Assembly: GCA_963815115.1 (NCBI GenBank)
Contig: CAWFFN010000009.1
Location: 1,696,001-1,760,000, forward strand
DNA from: an uncultured delta proteobacterium
GTDB lineage: Bacteria; Desulfobacterota; Binatia; DP-6
Direction of reading: 5' to 3'
DNA: 64,000 nucleotides
Shown: piece after piece, positions 20,999 to 29,870 of the stretch
Layout of the letters: each line of letters starts with the position of its first letter
Position numbering within the stretch: position 1 is the first letter of the stretch
Position numbers and translations under genes: made by a program
Notes under the pieces: generated by a model
Told to the model about the DNA's origin: nothing
The model's database searches: none
The model's input: only the letters and a program-made list of their open reading frames with translations

Positions 20999-21826
20999 GT
21001 GTCCAGCTCTCGTCTCGTTCCCACCCTCGCCGGCCTCGTAACCGCCGCGCTCGCCGTCGCGACGCCGGCGCTCGCCTTCGACGGAGCCATGCCGGTGCCC
21101 GTGCCGGGGCCGTTCCACATCTTCGCTCCCGGCCCGAAGAGACTCCGACTCGAGGGACCGACGGCCAACCCGAGCTCGATCGGCGACTTCGACGGTACGG
21201 TCGCGCTCGTCTACCTGAAGGGGCGCGCCACGGGCGGTGACGGGCATCGCTTCCTCATGGTGAACGACATGCGCGTCATGACGGGCGCGTACCGGTCCGC
21301 CGACGGCTCGCAGCATCGCGGCACCTTCGCGTTCGTTTGAATCGATCTCTTCGAGCCCGGTTCGGGCTCGCGAGTGCACGACTTCACCGGGGGCATCGCG
21401 CAGTCGGGTCTCGTCTGGACGGTGCCGCTCGCGGACGACGCGGTGGTGACGAGCCACGGTGGCAAGCGGCTGGACGTCTCGGTGCACGACCTGGCGGTGA
21501 TCGACTCCACCGGCGCGCCTGCGCTCGACGTGCCGGCCACGGTGAGCTTCCAGATGACCTGGCGGGCGGCGGGCCCGGCGCGGCGTGCCGGCAAGGGGAC
21601 CGCGGTGCCGCCGACCGATCCCCAGGGCTTCCTCGGCCGGCTCGCGAGCGCCCGGGCGCGCGGCACCTTCTCCGGGACGGCGGGCTCCTTCACCTTCCAG
21701 TCGGCGGCGAAGCCGCAGCGGACGATCTTCGGGGTGCTCGGGACGGAGCAGGCCGGCGCATTGCTGCCCGGGACGGTGACGTGCGGAGCGTGCGCGGGCG
21801 CGCCGGTGCCGCACGACCCGTGGTGA
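20999..21826 (+). CDS. Putative secreted selenoprotein of unknown function (275 aa, Sec at codon 114, TGA 21338-21340)
   Basis: GGGAGGA RBS and GTG start, signal peptide ending ALA-F, two same-frame ORFs separated only by TGA, and a SECIS-like hairpin matching the fdh SECIS. Confidence 0.75.
21352..21370 (+). promoter_or_regulatory. Putative SECIS element
   Basis: CGAGCCCG-GTT-CGGGCTCG is a perfect 8-bp stem that starts 11 nt after the TGA. Confidence 0.75.
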
Positions 21827-21848
21827 GCGGTCGAGACCGCGCGCGCCG

Positions 21849-23033
21849 TCACACCCCGGGGGCGATCGCCTCGAGCTCGAGGCCGCGGGTCTCCGGCAGG
21901 AAGACGCTGCCGGCGGCCGCCAGGAGGCCGGCGCCCGCGACCAGCGTGAGCGCCGAGCCGATGCCGCCGACGCGCGGCGCGAGGGCGCCGGCGAGCCCGA
22001 GGCCGGCGATGCCGCCGAGGGTGGCGGCGGCCGAGAGCCACGCCGACGCGGTGGCGCGCCACGCCGTCGGGAAGAGCTCCGTCGCCCAGGCGCGCAGCAC
22101 CGCGGTCTTGCCGGACTGGCAGAAGACCATCGCCGCGAAGCCGGGCCAGAGCGCCGCCGGACCGAGCTGGAAGAAGATCGCCTCCGCGATGCTGAGGCCG
22201 ATCAGGAAGACGACGGCGCAGGGCCGGCGCCCGAGCCGGTCGGCGAGCGCGCCGCCGATCCACCAGCCGGGCAGCCCGAGACCGCCGGCGATGATGATCA
22301 TCGCGCTGGTGGCGGCGGGCGACCAGCCGTGGTCGGTGATCGGCACGTAGGCGCTGAAGGCGAAGCCGGCGACGTCGTAGCTCATGGCGAGGAACGCGAC
22401 CGCGACCGCGACGGCCATCCGCCCGTGATAGCGCGATGGCAGCCGCCCGCGTGCGGCACGTCCCCCGGCGGTCCAGCGCCGGCTCTCCGGCAGGGCGCGG
22501 CGAAGAAACGGCAGCGTGGCGAGCGGCACCAGGTTGGCGACGAAGAGCCCGCGCCATCCGCCCGGGACGAGCTGGATGCCTGCCAGCGCGAGCCCGCCGA
22601 GGCCGGCGCCGAGCTGGTTGACGAAGCCGAGCACGCCCTGGGCGATGCCCCGGCGGGCGGCCGGCATCTCCTCGGTCGCGATGACGGCCGCCGTGGTGAG
22701 CGCCCCCTCCTGGAACATGCGCGCCGCCGCCTGCCAGGCGACGAACGCCGGCAGCGCGTGCGCGAGTCCGGTGAACGCCCCGAGCGTGGCATAGCCCGCG
22801 ATGCAGGCGAGGAGCACGTTGCGTCGCCCGACGGCGTCGGCCAGCCGGCCGAGGATGATCACGCCGAGCGCGCCGGCCGCGATCAGCGCGAGCGCGAAGG
22901 AGAGCGCGGACGAGCTCGCGTCGAGGTCGCGTCCGATCGCGGCGAGCGCGATGCTCGGGACGGAGCGCCCGTAGCCCTCGAAACAGATCGCCAGGCCGAG
23001 CAGCGCCAGCAGGCGCCTTTCCCCACCGTCCAC
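21849..23033 (-). CDS. MFS transporter (aromatic acid/sugar porter-like)
   Basis: GRLADAVGRR, EEMPAARRG, LPESRRW, ELFPTAWRATA and LPETRG motifs. Confidence 0.85.
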   Translation of the reverse strand: MDGGERRLLALLGLAICFEGYGRSVPSIALAAIGRDLDASSSALSFALALIAAGALGVIILGRLADAVGRRNVLLACIAGYATLGAFTGLAHALPAFVAWQAAARMFQEGALTTAAVIATEEMPAARRGIAQGVLGFVNQLGAGLGGLALAGIQLVPGGWRGLFVANLVPLATLPFLRRALPESRRWTAGGRAARGRLPSRYHGRMAVAVAVAFLAMSYDVAGFAFSAYVPITDHGWSPAATSAMIIIAGGLGLPGWWIGGALADRLGRRPCAVVFLIGLSIAEAIFFQLGPAALWPGFAAMVFCQSGKTAVLRAWATELFPTAWRATASAWLSAAATLGGIAGLGLAGALAPRVGGIGSALTLVAGAGLLAAAGSVFLPETRGLELEAIAPGV

Positions 23034-23043
23034 CGTGCCGCCA

Positions 23044-23347
23044 CTAGGAGCGCGACCCGAGACTTCGTCTCGGGTCGGAAAAAGAGGCGAGCGTGTGGCG
23101 TTCGGCGGATCCCGCGGACGCCCTGCCGCGGCCGGCGAAGCCGGCGCGGCAAAACGTGGCACGCCCGAGACGGTGGCTCAATCGCTCCTGCGCCGCCCGC
23201 AAGCCTGCCGTCTCCGCTCCAGGGTCGCGCTCCGGAACGTCTGCCGCGCCGGCTTTGCCGGCCGCGGCACGACGGCCGCACTGTTCATCAAGCTTCATTC
23301 TCGCTCTCCATCCCGACCCGAGACGGAGTCTCGGGTCGCTCTCCTAG
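23044..23347. mobile_element. Non-autonomous REPIN/MITE-like element, 304 bp
   Basis: 35-bp terminal inverted repeats (23044-23078 and 23313-23347, 2 mismatches) ending in CTAG. Each contains the palindrome CGACCCGAGAC-nnn-GTCTCGGGTCG. There is an inner 28-bp inverted pair at 23124-23151 and 23242-23269. Confidence 0.75.
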
Positions 23348-23455
23348 CGCCCGTGCGCGATGCGTGCAACGCGCGCGCGCCCGCGCACCGGTGCACGGGA
23401 CCGCCGATGCGTGAGGATTGGACAGGATGGCGAGCGGATTGTAGAGAGCCCAGCC

Positions 23456-24781
23456 ATGTCGGGTGGGTGGTGGGCGCGGGTCGCGTCGCTGGCGGCGCTC
23501 CTCGGGATGCTCGCCGGCTGCCGTGGAACGGGTCCGCGTGGCGTCCCGCCTTCGGACGACCGCTGGCTCGTGGTGTGGGCCGGCGATGCGGACCGCCGCC
23601 ATTCCGACTTCCTCGCGATCATCGACCCGGGCGGGAAGGTCGTACGCACCATTCCCGTCAAGTCCGCGGGCAACGAGCCGCAGGACGTCAACTCGGACCT
23701 GCGACGCGACCAGCACGTCTTCGCCACCGGCGCGCTCACCAACCGCACCTTCGTCTTCGACCTCCACGATCCCCGCGAGGGCACGCTGGTGCGCATCGAC
23801 GACCCGGGCACGAGCCGTCCGCTGGCCGGCCCGCGCGGCGTGACGAGCATCCCCGGCGGCCGCGTCGTGATCGCGTGCGCCGACGAGGCCGGCTACCGCG
23901 GCGAGCCGCGCGAGGTGGTTCGGTCCGCCGGCGGTCTGCGGGTCCTGGGCGACGACGGCCGCTTCGTGAAGGACGTGCCGGCGAGCGGCGACGCGGCCAA
24001 GGGCTTCATCGTGGCACCTGCCGGGGTCGCGGTGCAGCCGTCGCTCAGACGCCTCGTGACCACCAGCGAGGGGCACGGCTTCACGTCCACCGCGCAGACC
24101 GAGCTGATCCCGGGCATCTCCATCCAGCTGTGGTCCCTCCCCGGACTCACCTTCGAGAAGCACGTCGTGCTCGAGGCCGGCCCGCGCGGCGACGAGAACC
24201 TCGGACCGCGCACGCCCGTCTTCCTGCGGCGGAAGCCCGTCCTGCTGGTCAACACGCGCCAGGGCGGCGCACTGTACGTCTCCGACACCATGGACCTGCC
24301 CGATCCGGTCTTCCGCCTGGCCTACGACTTCGGGGCGAGCTCGCTGCCCGGTGGCGCCGCCGTCACACCCGACGATCGCTTCTACGTGACCGCGCTCGCC
24401 GGGACCCACCGCGTCGTGGTCCTGGCGCTGAACAAGATCCTGGCTCCGCGCGAGGTCTCCTCGGTGCGTCTCGATCAGGTGTCGGGTGGCGGTGAGGACG
24501 GCACGCGCCGCGGCGGCCCGAGCGCGCTCGCGATGAGCCAGGACGGCACGCGCATCGCCGTCGCCGACTACACGGCGGACGTTCCCGGCTACCATGCCGA
24601 CGGCGACCGCCGCGTCTACGTGCTGCGACTCGATCCCGGCACGGGCCGCCTGCGGGTGGACAACTCCTTCCGCGACGAGGAAAGCGGTGCGGTGGGCGTC
24701 GAGTTCGACCGCGGCGCGTGGCCGCACGGCAAGACCGGCCCCGCGCGCCCCCACGGCCTGCTCTTCATCTCCGGAGGTTGA
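23456..24781 (+). CDS. SBP56/methanethiol-oxidase-like beta-propeller lipoprotein
   Basis: Lipobox LAGC, WAGDAD...DFLAIID, GNEP, and C-terminal VEFDRGAWPHGKTGPARPHG. Confidence 0.75.
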   Translation: MSGGWWARVASLAALLGMLAGCRGTGPRGVPPSDDRWLVVWAGDADRRHSDFLAIIDPGGKVVRTIPVKSAGNEPQDVNSDLRRDQHVFATGALTNRTFVFDLHDPREGTLVRIDDPGTSRPLAGPRGVTSIPGGRVVIACADEAGYRGEPREVVRSAGGLRVLGDDGRFVKDVPASGDAAKGFIVAPAGVAVQPSLRRLVTTSEGHGFTSTAQTELIPGISIQLWSLPGLTFEKHVVLEAGPRGDENLGPRTPVFLRRKPVLLVNTRQGGALYVSDTMDLPDPVFRLAYDFGASSLPGGAAVTPDDRFYVTALAGTHRVVVLALNKILAPREVSSVRLDQVSGGGEDGTRRGGPSALAMSQDGTRIAVADYTADVPGYHADGDRRVYVLRLDPGTGRLRVDNSFRDEESGAVGVEFDRGAWPHGKTGPARPHGLLFISGG

Positions 24782-24784
24782 GGC

Positions 24785-25690
24785 ATGGCCCCGCCGTCGG
24801 TGCGCCCGCTCGAGGAGCGGGACGTCGAGCGCGCAGGCGACGTCAACTTCGTCGCCTTCCACGACGTTGCCCTCCGGCACGGGCTCCGGCCGGTCGTGAC
24901 GACGCCGGCCGAGGCGCGCAGCTACCTGCGTCACCTGCTCGCCTTCGACCCGATGGGTGGGCTGGTGGCGGACCAGAACGGCGACATCGTCGGGATGGCG
25001 TGGGTCCATCCGCGGGGTCCCGTCGCCACCATCGGACCGGTGGCGGTCGACCCCCGGCTCCAGGGACGGGGCATCGGCCGCCGCCTCGTCGAGAGCTGCA
25101 TCGAGCTGGCCGGTCCGCGCACGCCCCAGGTGCGCCTCGTGCACGAGAGCTTCAACGCCTCGTCGCTGGCGCTCTACCTCCGCACCGGCTTTCGCGTCGT
25201 CGCACCGCTCTGCGAGTTCGAGCTGCCGGCCGGCCAGCGCGTCGGCGCTGCCTCGCCGAGCGGGGTGCGGCTGCGGGCCGCGACCGACGCGGACCGCACG
25301 CGGCTCGTCGAGCGCGACGGCCGCGCCTTCGGGGCGCCGCGGCCGCAGAGCGTCGACCTCTATCTCCGCCGCGGGCGCGTGCTGGTCGCCGAGCGCGGCA
25401 AGACGCTCGCGGGCTACGCCTTCGGCATCGCGTTCGGCACCCTCGGCTATCTGGGCTCGGCCGCGGCGGACGACGGCGACGTCGTGCTGGAGCTGCTGGC
25501 CGCCCAGGCCGGCGAGCTCGGCGGCGCGGCGGTGACGCTGCGCACCCTCGTGCCCGCCGCCGACCGGCGCCTGGTCGACGGGCTGCTCGGCCTCGGCTTC
25601 CGTGTCTTCCGCGCCTGCCACTACATGGTGCGCGGCGGCGGCACGGCGCCCCCGCCCAACTACGTGCTGATGAACGGGGACATGATGTAG
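24785..25690 (+). CDS. Tandem-domain GNAT acetyltransferase
   Basis: IGPVAVDPRLQGRGIGRRL motif A and SLALYLRTGF. Confidence 0.85.
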   Translation: MAPPSVRPLEERDVERAGDVNFVAFHDVALRHGLRPVVTTPAEARSYLRHLLAFDPMGGLVADQNGDIVGMAWVHPRGPVATIGPVAVDPRLQGRGIGRRLVESCIELAGPRTPQVRLVHESFNASSLALYLRTGFRVVAPLCEFELPAGQRVGAASPSGVRLRAATDADRTRLVERDGRAFGAPRPQSVDLYLRRGRVLVAERGKTLAGYAFGIAFGTLGYLGSAAADDGDVVLELLAAQAGELGGAAVTLRTLVPAADRRLVDGLLGLGFRVFRACHYMVRGGGTAPPPNYVLMNGDMM

Positions 25691-25696
25691 CCCCGC

Positions 25697-26566
25697 TCAG
25701 GGGAGCGGGCTCACGTCCACCGCGACCGTCATGGTGTGCTCGCCGCCGCCCAGCACGACCCCGCGCAGCGGGCTCACGTCGCCGTAGTCGCGTCCCCAGG
25801 CGACCGTGACGTGCTGGTCGCTGGGCACGAGGTCGTTGGTGGGATCGACGTCGAGCCACCCCGCGTCGCCGAGCCACACCGAGAGCCACGCGTGCGAGGC
25901 GTCGGCCCCCACCAGGCGCGTCGCGCCCCGGGGCGGGGTGGTGAGGATGTAGCCGCTCACGTAGCGGGCGGCGAGGCCGAGCGCGCGCAGGCACGCGATC
26001 TCGAGGTGGGCGAAGTCCTGGCACACGCCCCGGCGCTCGCGCAGCACCTCCGCCACGGGTGTCGCGACGCTGGTCGCGTCGGGGTCATAGGCGAAGCCGT
26101 CGTGGATCCGGGTCGTGAGCGCCAGGACGGCGTCCACGAGCGGGCGTCCCGGCGGAAACGACTCGGCGGCCCAGGCGAGCACCTCGGGCTCGATCTCGAC
26201 GTGCGGCGACTCGAAGGCGAACTGGTACGCGGCGAGCACCTCGGCGTCGCGGTCGGTACGCAGCCGAGCCCGCACCGCCTCCCACGGCGGCGTCGCACCG
26301 GGTGCCTCGGCGGGCATCACCTCGACGTCGCTCTTGGCGGTGACGGTGAGCTGGCGATGGGGCTCCTGGAGCGCCACGAAGTGCACCTGGTTGCCGAAGA
26401 AGTCGACCTGGGGCGCGAGCACGGACGGCGTCGGATCGACCCGCAGCTGCGCCCGCCGCGTGCGCTGCCGGCCGCCGCTGCGAGGCGTCAGCCGCAGCTC
26501 GTTGTGACAGACCGAGGCGGGCTCCTCGTAGCGATACGTGGTGACGTGGGTCACGCGGTAGGTCAT
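25697..26566 (-). CDS. Transglutaminase-like protein
   Basis: MTYRVTHVTTYRY, GVCQDFAH, RYVSGY, ASHAW, DPTN and GRDYGDV motifs. Confidence 0.92.
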   Translation of the reverse strand: MTYRVTHVTTYRYEEPASVCHNELRLTPRSGGRQRTRRAQLRVDPTPSVLAPQVDFFGNQVHFVALQEPHRQLTVTAKSDVEVMPAEAPGATPPWEAVRARLRTDRDAEVLAAYQFAFESPHVEIEPEVLAWAAESFPPGRPLVDAVLALTTRIHDGFAYDPDATSVATPVAEVLRERRGVCQDFAHLEIACLRALGLAARYVSGYILTTPPRGATRLVGADASHAWLSVWLGDAGWLDVDPTNDLVPSDQHVTVAWGRDYGDVSPLRGVVLGGGEHTMTVAVDVSPLP

Positions 26567-29118
26567 CCGACGCCTCCCAGCCGGTGCGACGGCTGCGCGT
26601 GGCTCAGGTAGCTGCGGGTGATGGTGTCGGAGAGCGCCACGAGATCGGTCGCGAAGCTCTGCAGGGCCTCGTCGAGCCGCGTCCGCGTTCCCTGCCGTCC
26701 GGGCTCGCACAGGTCCTCGACGTCCAGCAGGCGGACGCGGGTGAGGATGGCGAGCGCGAGGCGCTCCTCGCGGCTGCGTACCGGACGCGACTCGTCGCGC
26801 GGCAGCCGGCGGACGTGGGCGTCGAGCGCGGCGAGCTGGAAGGCGAGCGCGCGCGGGTTGGTCTCGTCGAGCAGCAGGAGATCGAGCACGGGCGCGAGCT
26901 GGAGGCTGCCCAGGTAGCGACGGCGGTAGGTGATCGACACGTCGCCCACCTCGAGCAGCGCTTCGAGCAGGGGCTCGATCGCCGCGTGCGGCCCGACCAG
27001 CGTGCTGCGCAGCAGGGAGGTGAGATGGGCCGCGCGTTCGATGCGCCGCCCCATGTCGGCGAAGCGCCAGCCCTGGCCGCGGGTCATGCTCTCGACGCCG
27101 AGCCCGCTGAAGGCCGCGAGCGTGAGCGTGAGCCGGTTCAGCCCGTCGAGCGCGGCGCCGAGCCCGAGGCGGCCGGGGGGCAGCGCCTGGTCGAGCTGGC
27201 CGAGCACGCGCCAGGTATCGGAGGAGATCTGGTCGCGCACCACGGCGCCGAGGCGCTGCGCGGCGGCGATCGTGGCGCGGAGCGTGCGCGCCGGACTCTG
27301 CTCCTGCACGAAGGCGAGCAGCGCGGGCTCGCTCACGCTGCGCGTCCCGGAAGGATCCACCACGACGAAGCTCGGCTCGACCCGGCTCTGGACTGCCAGG
27401 GCCTGGGCGAGCGCGGGGAGGTCGAGCGGCTCGCCACCGCCGGAAGCGTCGGCGAGCCGGGACAGGATGCTGCGCAGCAATCGCGCGGTGCCTTCCGCGC
27501 GCTCGACGTAGCGGCCGAGCCAGAAGAGGTTGTCGGCCACGCGGCTCGGCAGCTCGGCGCCGCTGCGCGACAGCTCGAGCGGGGCGCCCGCCGGACGGAG
27601 CAGGGTGAGCGGGCTCACCGGGCCCTCGGACAGCACCCAGGTGTCCTTGCTGCCGCCGCCACGCTGCATGGAGACGACGAGCGAGTCGCGCGAGCTGGCG
27701 GCGCGGGTGAGGCCGCCCGGCATGGCGAGATAGCCGCCGTCGCGCGCGACCAGGTAGGTGCGCAGCACGATCTGCCGGGGCTCGACGCGCTCGCCGCACC
27801 ACACCGGGGCGGTCGAGAGGGCCACCTGCTCCTGGGCGACGAAAGCGTAGGGCCGCTGGCGCATGCGCGCGATCAGCGCCTCACGCGCCTCCGTGGCGAG
27901 ATGGGCGCCGAAGACCGGCTCGAAGCCGCTGCCCGGGAAGGCCGGCTTCACCACCAGGCGATCGAGGTTCGCGATCACGTGCTCGAGCTCGCGCGCCTGG
28001 CCGCACCACCACGTCGCCACCGACGGGATGCGCAGCTCCTCGCCGAGCAGGTGGCGGCAGAGGCCCGGCAGGAACGGGAGCAGGGCGGCAGTCTCGACCA
28101 GGCCACTGCCGAGGGCGTTCGCCACCGCGACGTTGCCGGCGCGGACCGCCTGCAGCAGGCCGGCGACCCCGAGCGACGACGCGCTTCTCAGGCTCAGCGG
28201 ATCGCAGAAGTCGTCGTCGAGGCGCCGCAGCACGACGTCGACCGGCTGGAGGCCGCCGAGAGTCTTCAGGAACACCGCCTGGCCGCGCACCGTCAGGTCC
28301 GCGCCCTCCACCAGCGTGTAGCCGAGGTAGCGGGCGAGGTAGGCGTGCTCGAAGTAGGTCTCGTTGTAGGCCCCCGGCGTGAGCAGCACGATGCGGGGGT
28401 TCTCCCGATGCCGGGGCGCCAGCGCGCGCAGGGTCTCGCGCAGGGCGCCGAAGAAGCCTGCGAGCCGCTGCACCCGGCACTCGCGGAACAGCTCGGGGAG
28501 CGTCCGCGAGAGCACGATGCGGTTCTCCAGCGCGTACCCGGCTCCCGAGGGTGCCTGGGTGCGATCGGCGAGCGCCCACCAGCGTCCGTCCGGGGCGCGC
28601 GCGAGATCGACGGCGAGCAGATGCAGCCAGCACGCGTCCGGGACGGCGACGCCGTGGCAGGGACGGAGGAATCCGGGGTGCGCCCAGAGCAGCTCGGCGG
28701 GCAGGAGCCCGTCGTGCAGGAGCCGCTGCGGGCCGTAGAGGTCGGCGAGCACGAGGTTCAGCAGCAGGGCTCGCTGCGCGAGCCCCGCCTCCAGGGCACG
28801 CCACTCGTCCGCTGCGAGGAGGAGGGGCAGCGGATCGAGCTCCCACGGCCGATCGGCGCCGCGCGGGTCGCCGTAGACGTTGTAGGTGACGCCGTTCTCC
28901 CGGAGCAGCCGCCGCGCCTGCTCCCAGCGGCGCGCCATCTCCTGCGGGCCGAGCTGGCCCAGCGAGGTCGCGAAGCGCGCCCAGTGCGGCCGGGGAGTGT
29001 CGGGGGCAACGAGCAGCTCGTCGTGCACGTCGACCTCGGCCGGAAGCGCGTAGGCGAGCCAGGAGCGGCCACCTCCCGGCGCCGCTGGCGGAGCGGGTCG
29101 ACCGCTCGCAGAGCTCAT
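26563..29118 (-). CDS. Circularly permuted type 2 ATP-grasp protein fused to an alpha-E domain
   Basis: ENGVTYNVY, DRTQAPSGAGYALENR, MPGGLTR, GGGSKDTW, then the alpha-E motif FWLGRYVERAE...GRRIER. Confidence 0.92.
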   Translation of the reverse strand: MSSASGRPAPPAAPGGGRSWLAYALPAEVDVHDELLVAPDTPRPHWARFATSLGQLGPQEMARRWEQARRLLRENGVTYNVYGDPRGADRPWELDPLPLLLAADEWRALEAGLAQRALLLNLVLADLYGPQRLLHDGLLPAELLWAHPGFLRPCHGVAVPDACWLHLLAVDLARAPDGRWWALADRTQAPSGAGYALENRIVLSRTLPELFRECRVQRLAGFFGALRETLRALAPRHRENPRIVLLTPGAYNETYFEHAYLARYLGYTLVEGADLTVRGQAVFLKTLGGLQPVDVVLRRLDDDFCDPLSLRSASSLGVAGLLQAVRAGNVAVANALGSGLVETAALLPFLPGLCRHLLGEELRIPSVATWWCGQARELEHVIANLDRLVVKPAFPGSGFEPVFGAHLATEAREALIARMRQRPYAFVAQEQVALSTAPVWCGERVEPRQIVLRTYLVARDGGYLAMPGGLTRAASSRDSLVVSMQRGGGSKDTWVLSEGPVSPLTLLRPAGAPLELSRSGAELPSRVADNLFWLGRYVERAEGTARLLRSILSRLADASGGGEPLDLPALAQALAVQSRVEPSFVVVDPSGTRSVSEPALLAFVQEQSPARTLRATIAAAQRLGAVVRDQISSDTWRVLGQLDQALPPGRLGLGAALDGLNRLTLTLAAFSGLGVESMTRGQGWRFADMGRRIERAAHLTSLLRSTLVGPHAAIEPLLEALLEVGDVSITYRRRYLGSLQLAPVLDLLLLDETNPRALAFQLAALDAHVRRLPRDESRPVRSREERLALAILTRVRLLDVEDLCEPGRQGTRTRLDEALQSFATDLVALSDTITRSYLSHAQPSHRLGGVG

Positions 29119-29152
29119 CAGAGCGGGGGTATGCCCGAAGCGACGTTCACTG

Positions 29153-29297
29153 TCGACCCGAGACTGTGTCTCGGGTCGAAGGGGAAGGCGAGCGTGTGGC
29201 GCTCGGTGGATCGAGCGACCGCGGCACGACGTCCGCACTATTTACCGGCCCTCATTGCTCGCTGTCCGGGCTCGACCCGAGACGAAGTCTCGGGTCG
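29153..29297. repeat. Shorter copy of the REPIN/MITE-like element
   Basis: The same palindrome occurs at 29154-29178 and 29273-29297. It shares internal segments GGCGAGCGTGTGGCG and CCGCGGCACGACG with the 23-kb copy. Confidence 0.75.
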
Positions 29298-29503
29298 CAC
29301 GACCCGGGCGGGAAGACCGCTGCCACCGGGAGACCGAGGGCACGGGCCAGGGCGAGCGCGGTGGCCACCGTAGGCAGCGCGCGTCCGTTCTTCACCTGGT
29401 TCACGTAGGCGCGATCGAGACCGGCGCGGGCGGCGAGCTCGACGTCCGTCCAGCTGCGCTCGGCGAGCAGCCGGACTAGGGCGTTGCGCGTCAGCGCCGG
29501 CAC
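29252..29503 (-). CDS. Small XRE/Cro-family HTH protein
   Basis: LAARAGLDRAYVNQVKNGRALPTVATALALARALGLPVAAVF. The 3' end runs into the repeat element. Confidence 0.75.
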   Translation of the reverse strand: MPALTRNALVRLLAERSWTDVELAARAGLDRAYVNQVKNGRALPTVATALALARALGLPVAAVFPPGSCDPRLRLGSSPDSEQ

Positions 29504-29736
29504 CGTCGGCCCCGGAGCGGCTCCGCCAGGCGCCAGATCGATTCCACCGGCACCTCGAGCGCCGTCGCCACCCGCTGCGCGACGGCGAGCTGCGGGTTGT
29601 GGTGCCGGCTGCGCAGACGTGCCACGGGCCCGGGAGGCAGGAGCGTGCGCCTGGCGAGGTCGTTCCAGCCGAGGCCGCGCCGGCGCAGCAGGAGGGGCAG
29701 CCCGCTCACCACCCGCGCGCGCGAGGAGGACGTCAT
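29491..29736 (-). CDS. Small XRE-like HTH protein
   Basis: WNDLARRT...NPQLAVAQRVATALEVPVESIW, overlapping the next HTH gene. Confidence 0.6.
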   Translation of the reverse strand: MTSSSRARVVSGLPLLLRRRGLGWNDLARRTLLPPGPVARLRSRHHNPQLAVAQRVATALEVPVESIWRLAEPLRGRRCRR

Positions 29737-29870
29737 GGCTCACCATGCCGGCGATCGTCGGGCGGCAGCAAGGGAGCGTGCATGCCTTGGATCGGAACGT
29801 CGCTCGCTCGCGCGCTTTACCTCCCCGGATCGGGGCTGGTAACTCGGCGGACAGCCGCGAGCCCACCGCG

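Noticed and set aside
23044-29297. Palindromic repeats as a CRISPR array.
   Set aside because: There are only inverted pairs at two loci, with no regular repeat-spacer period and no cas genes.
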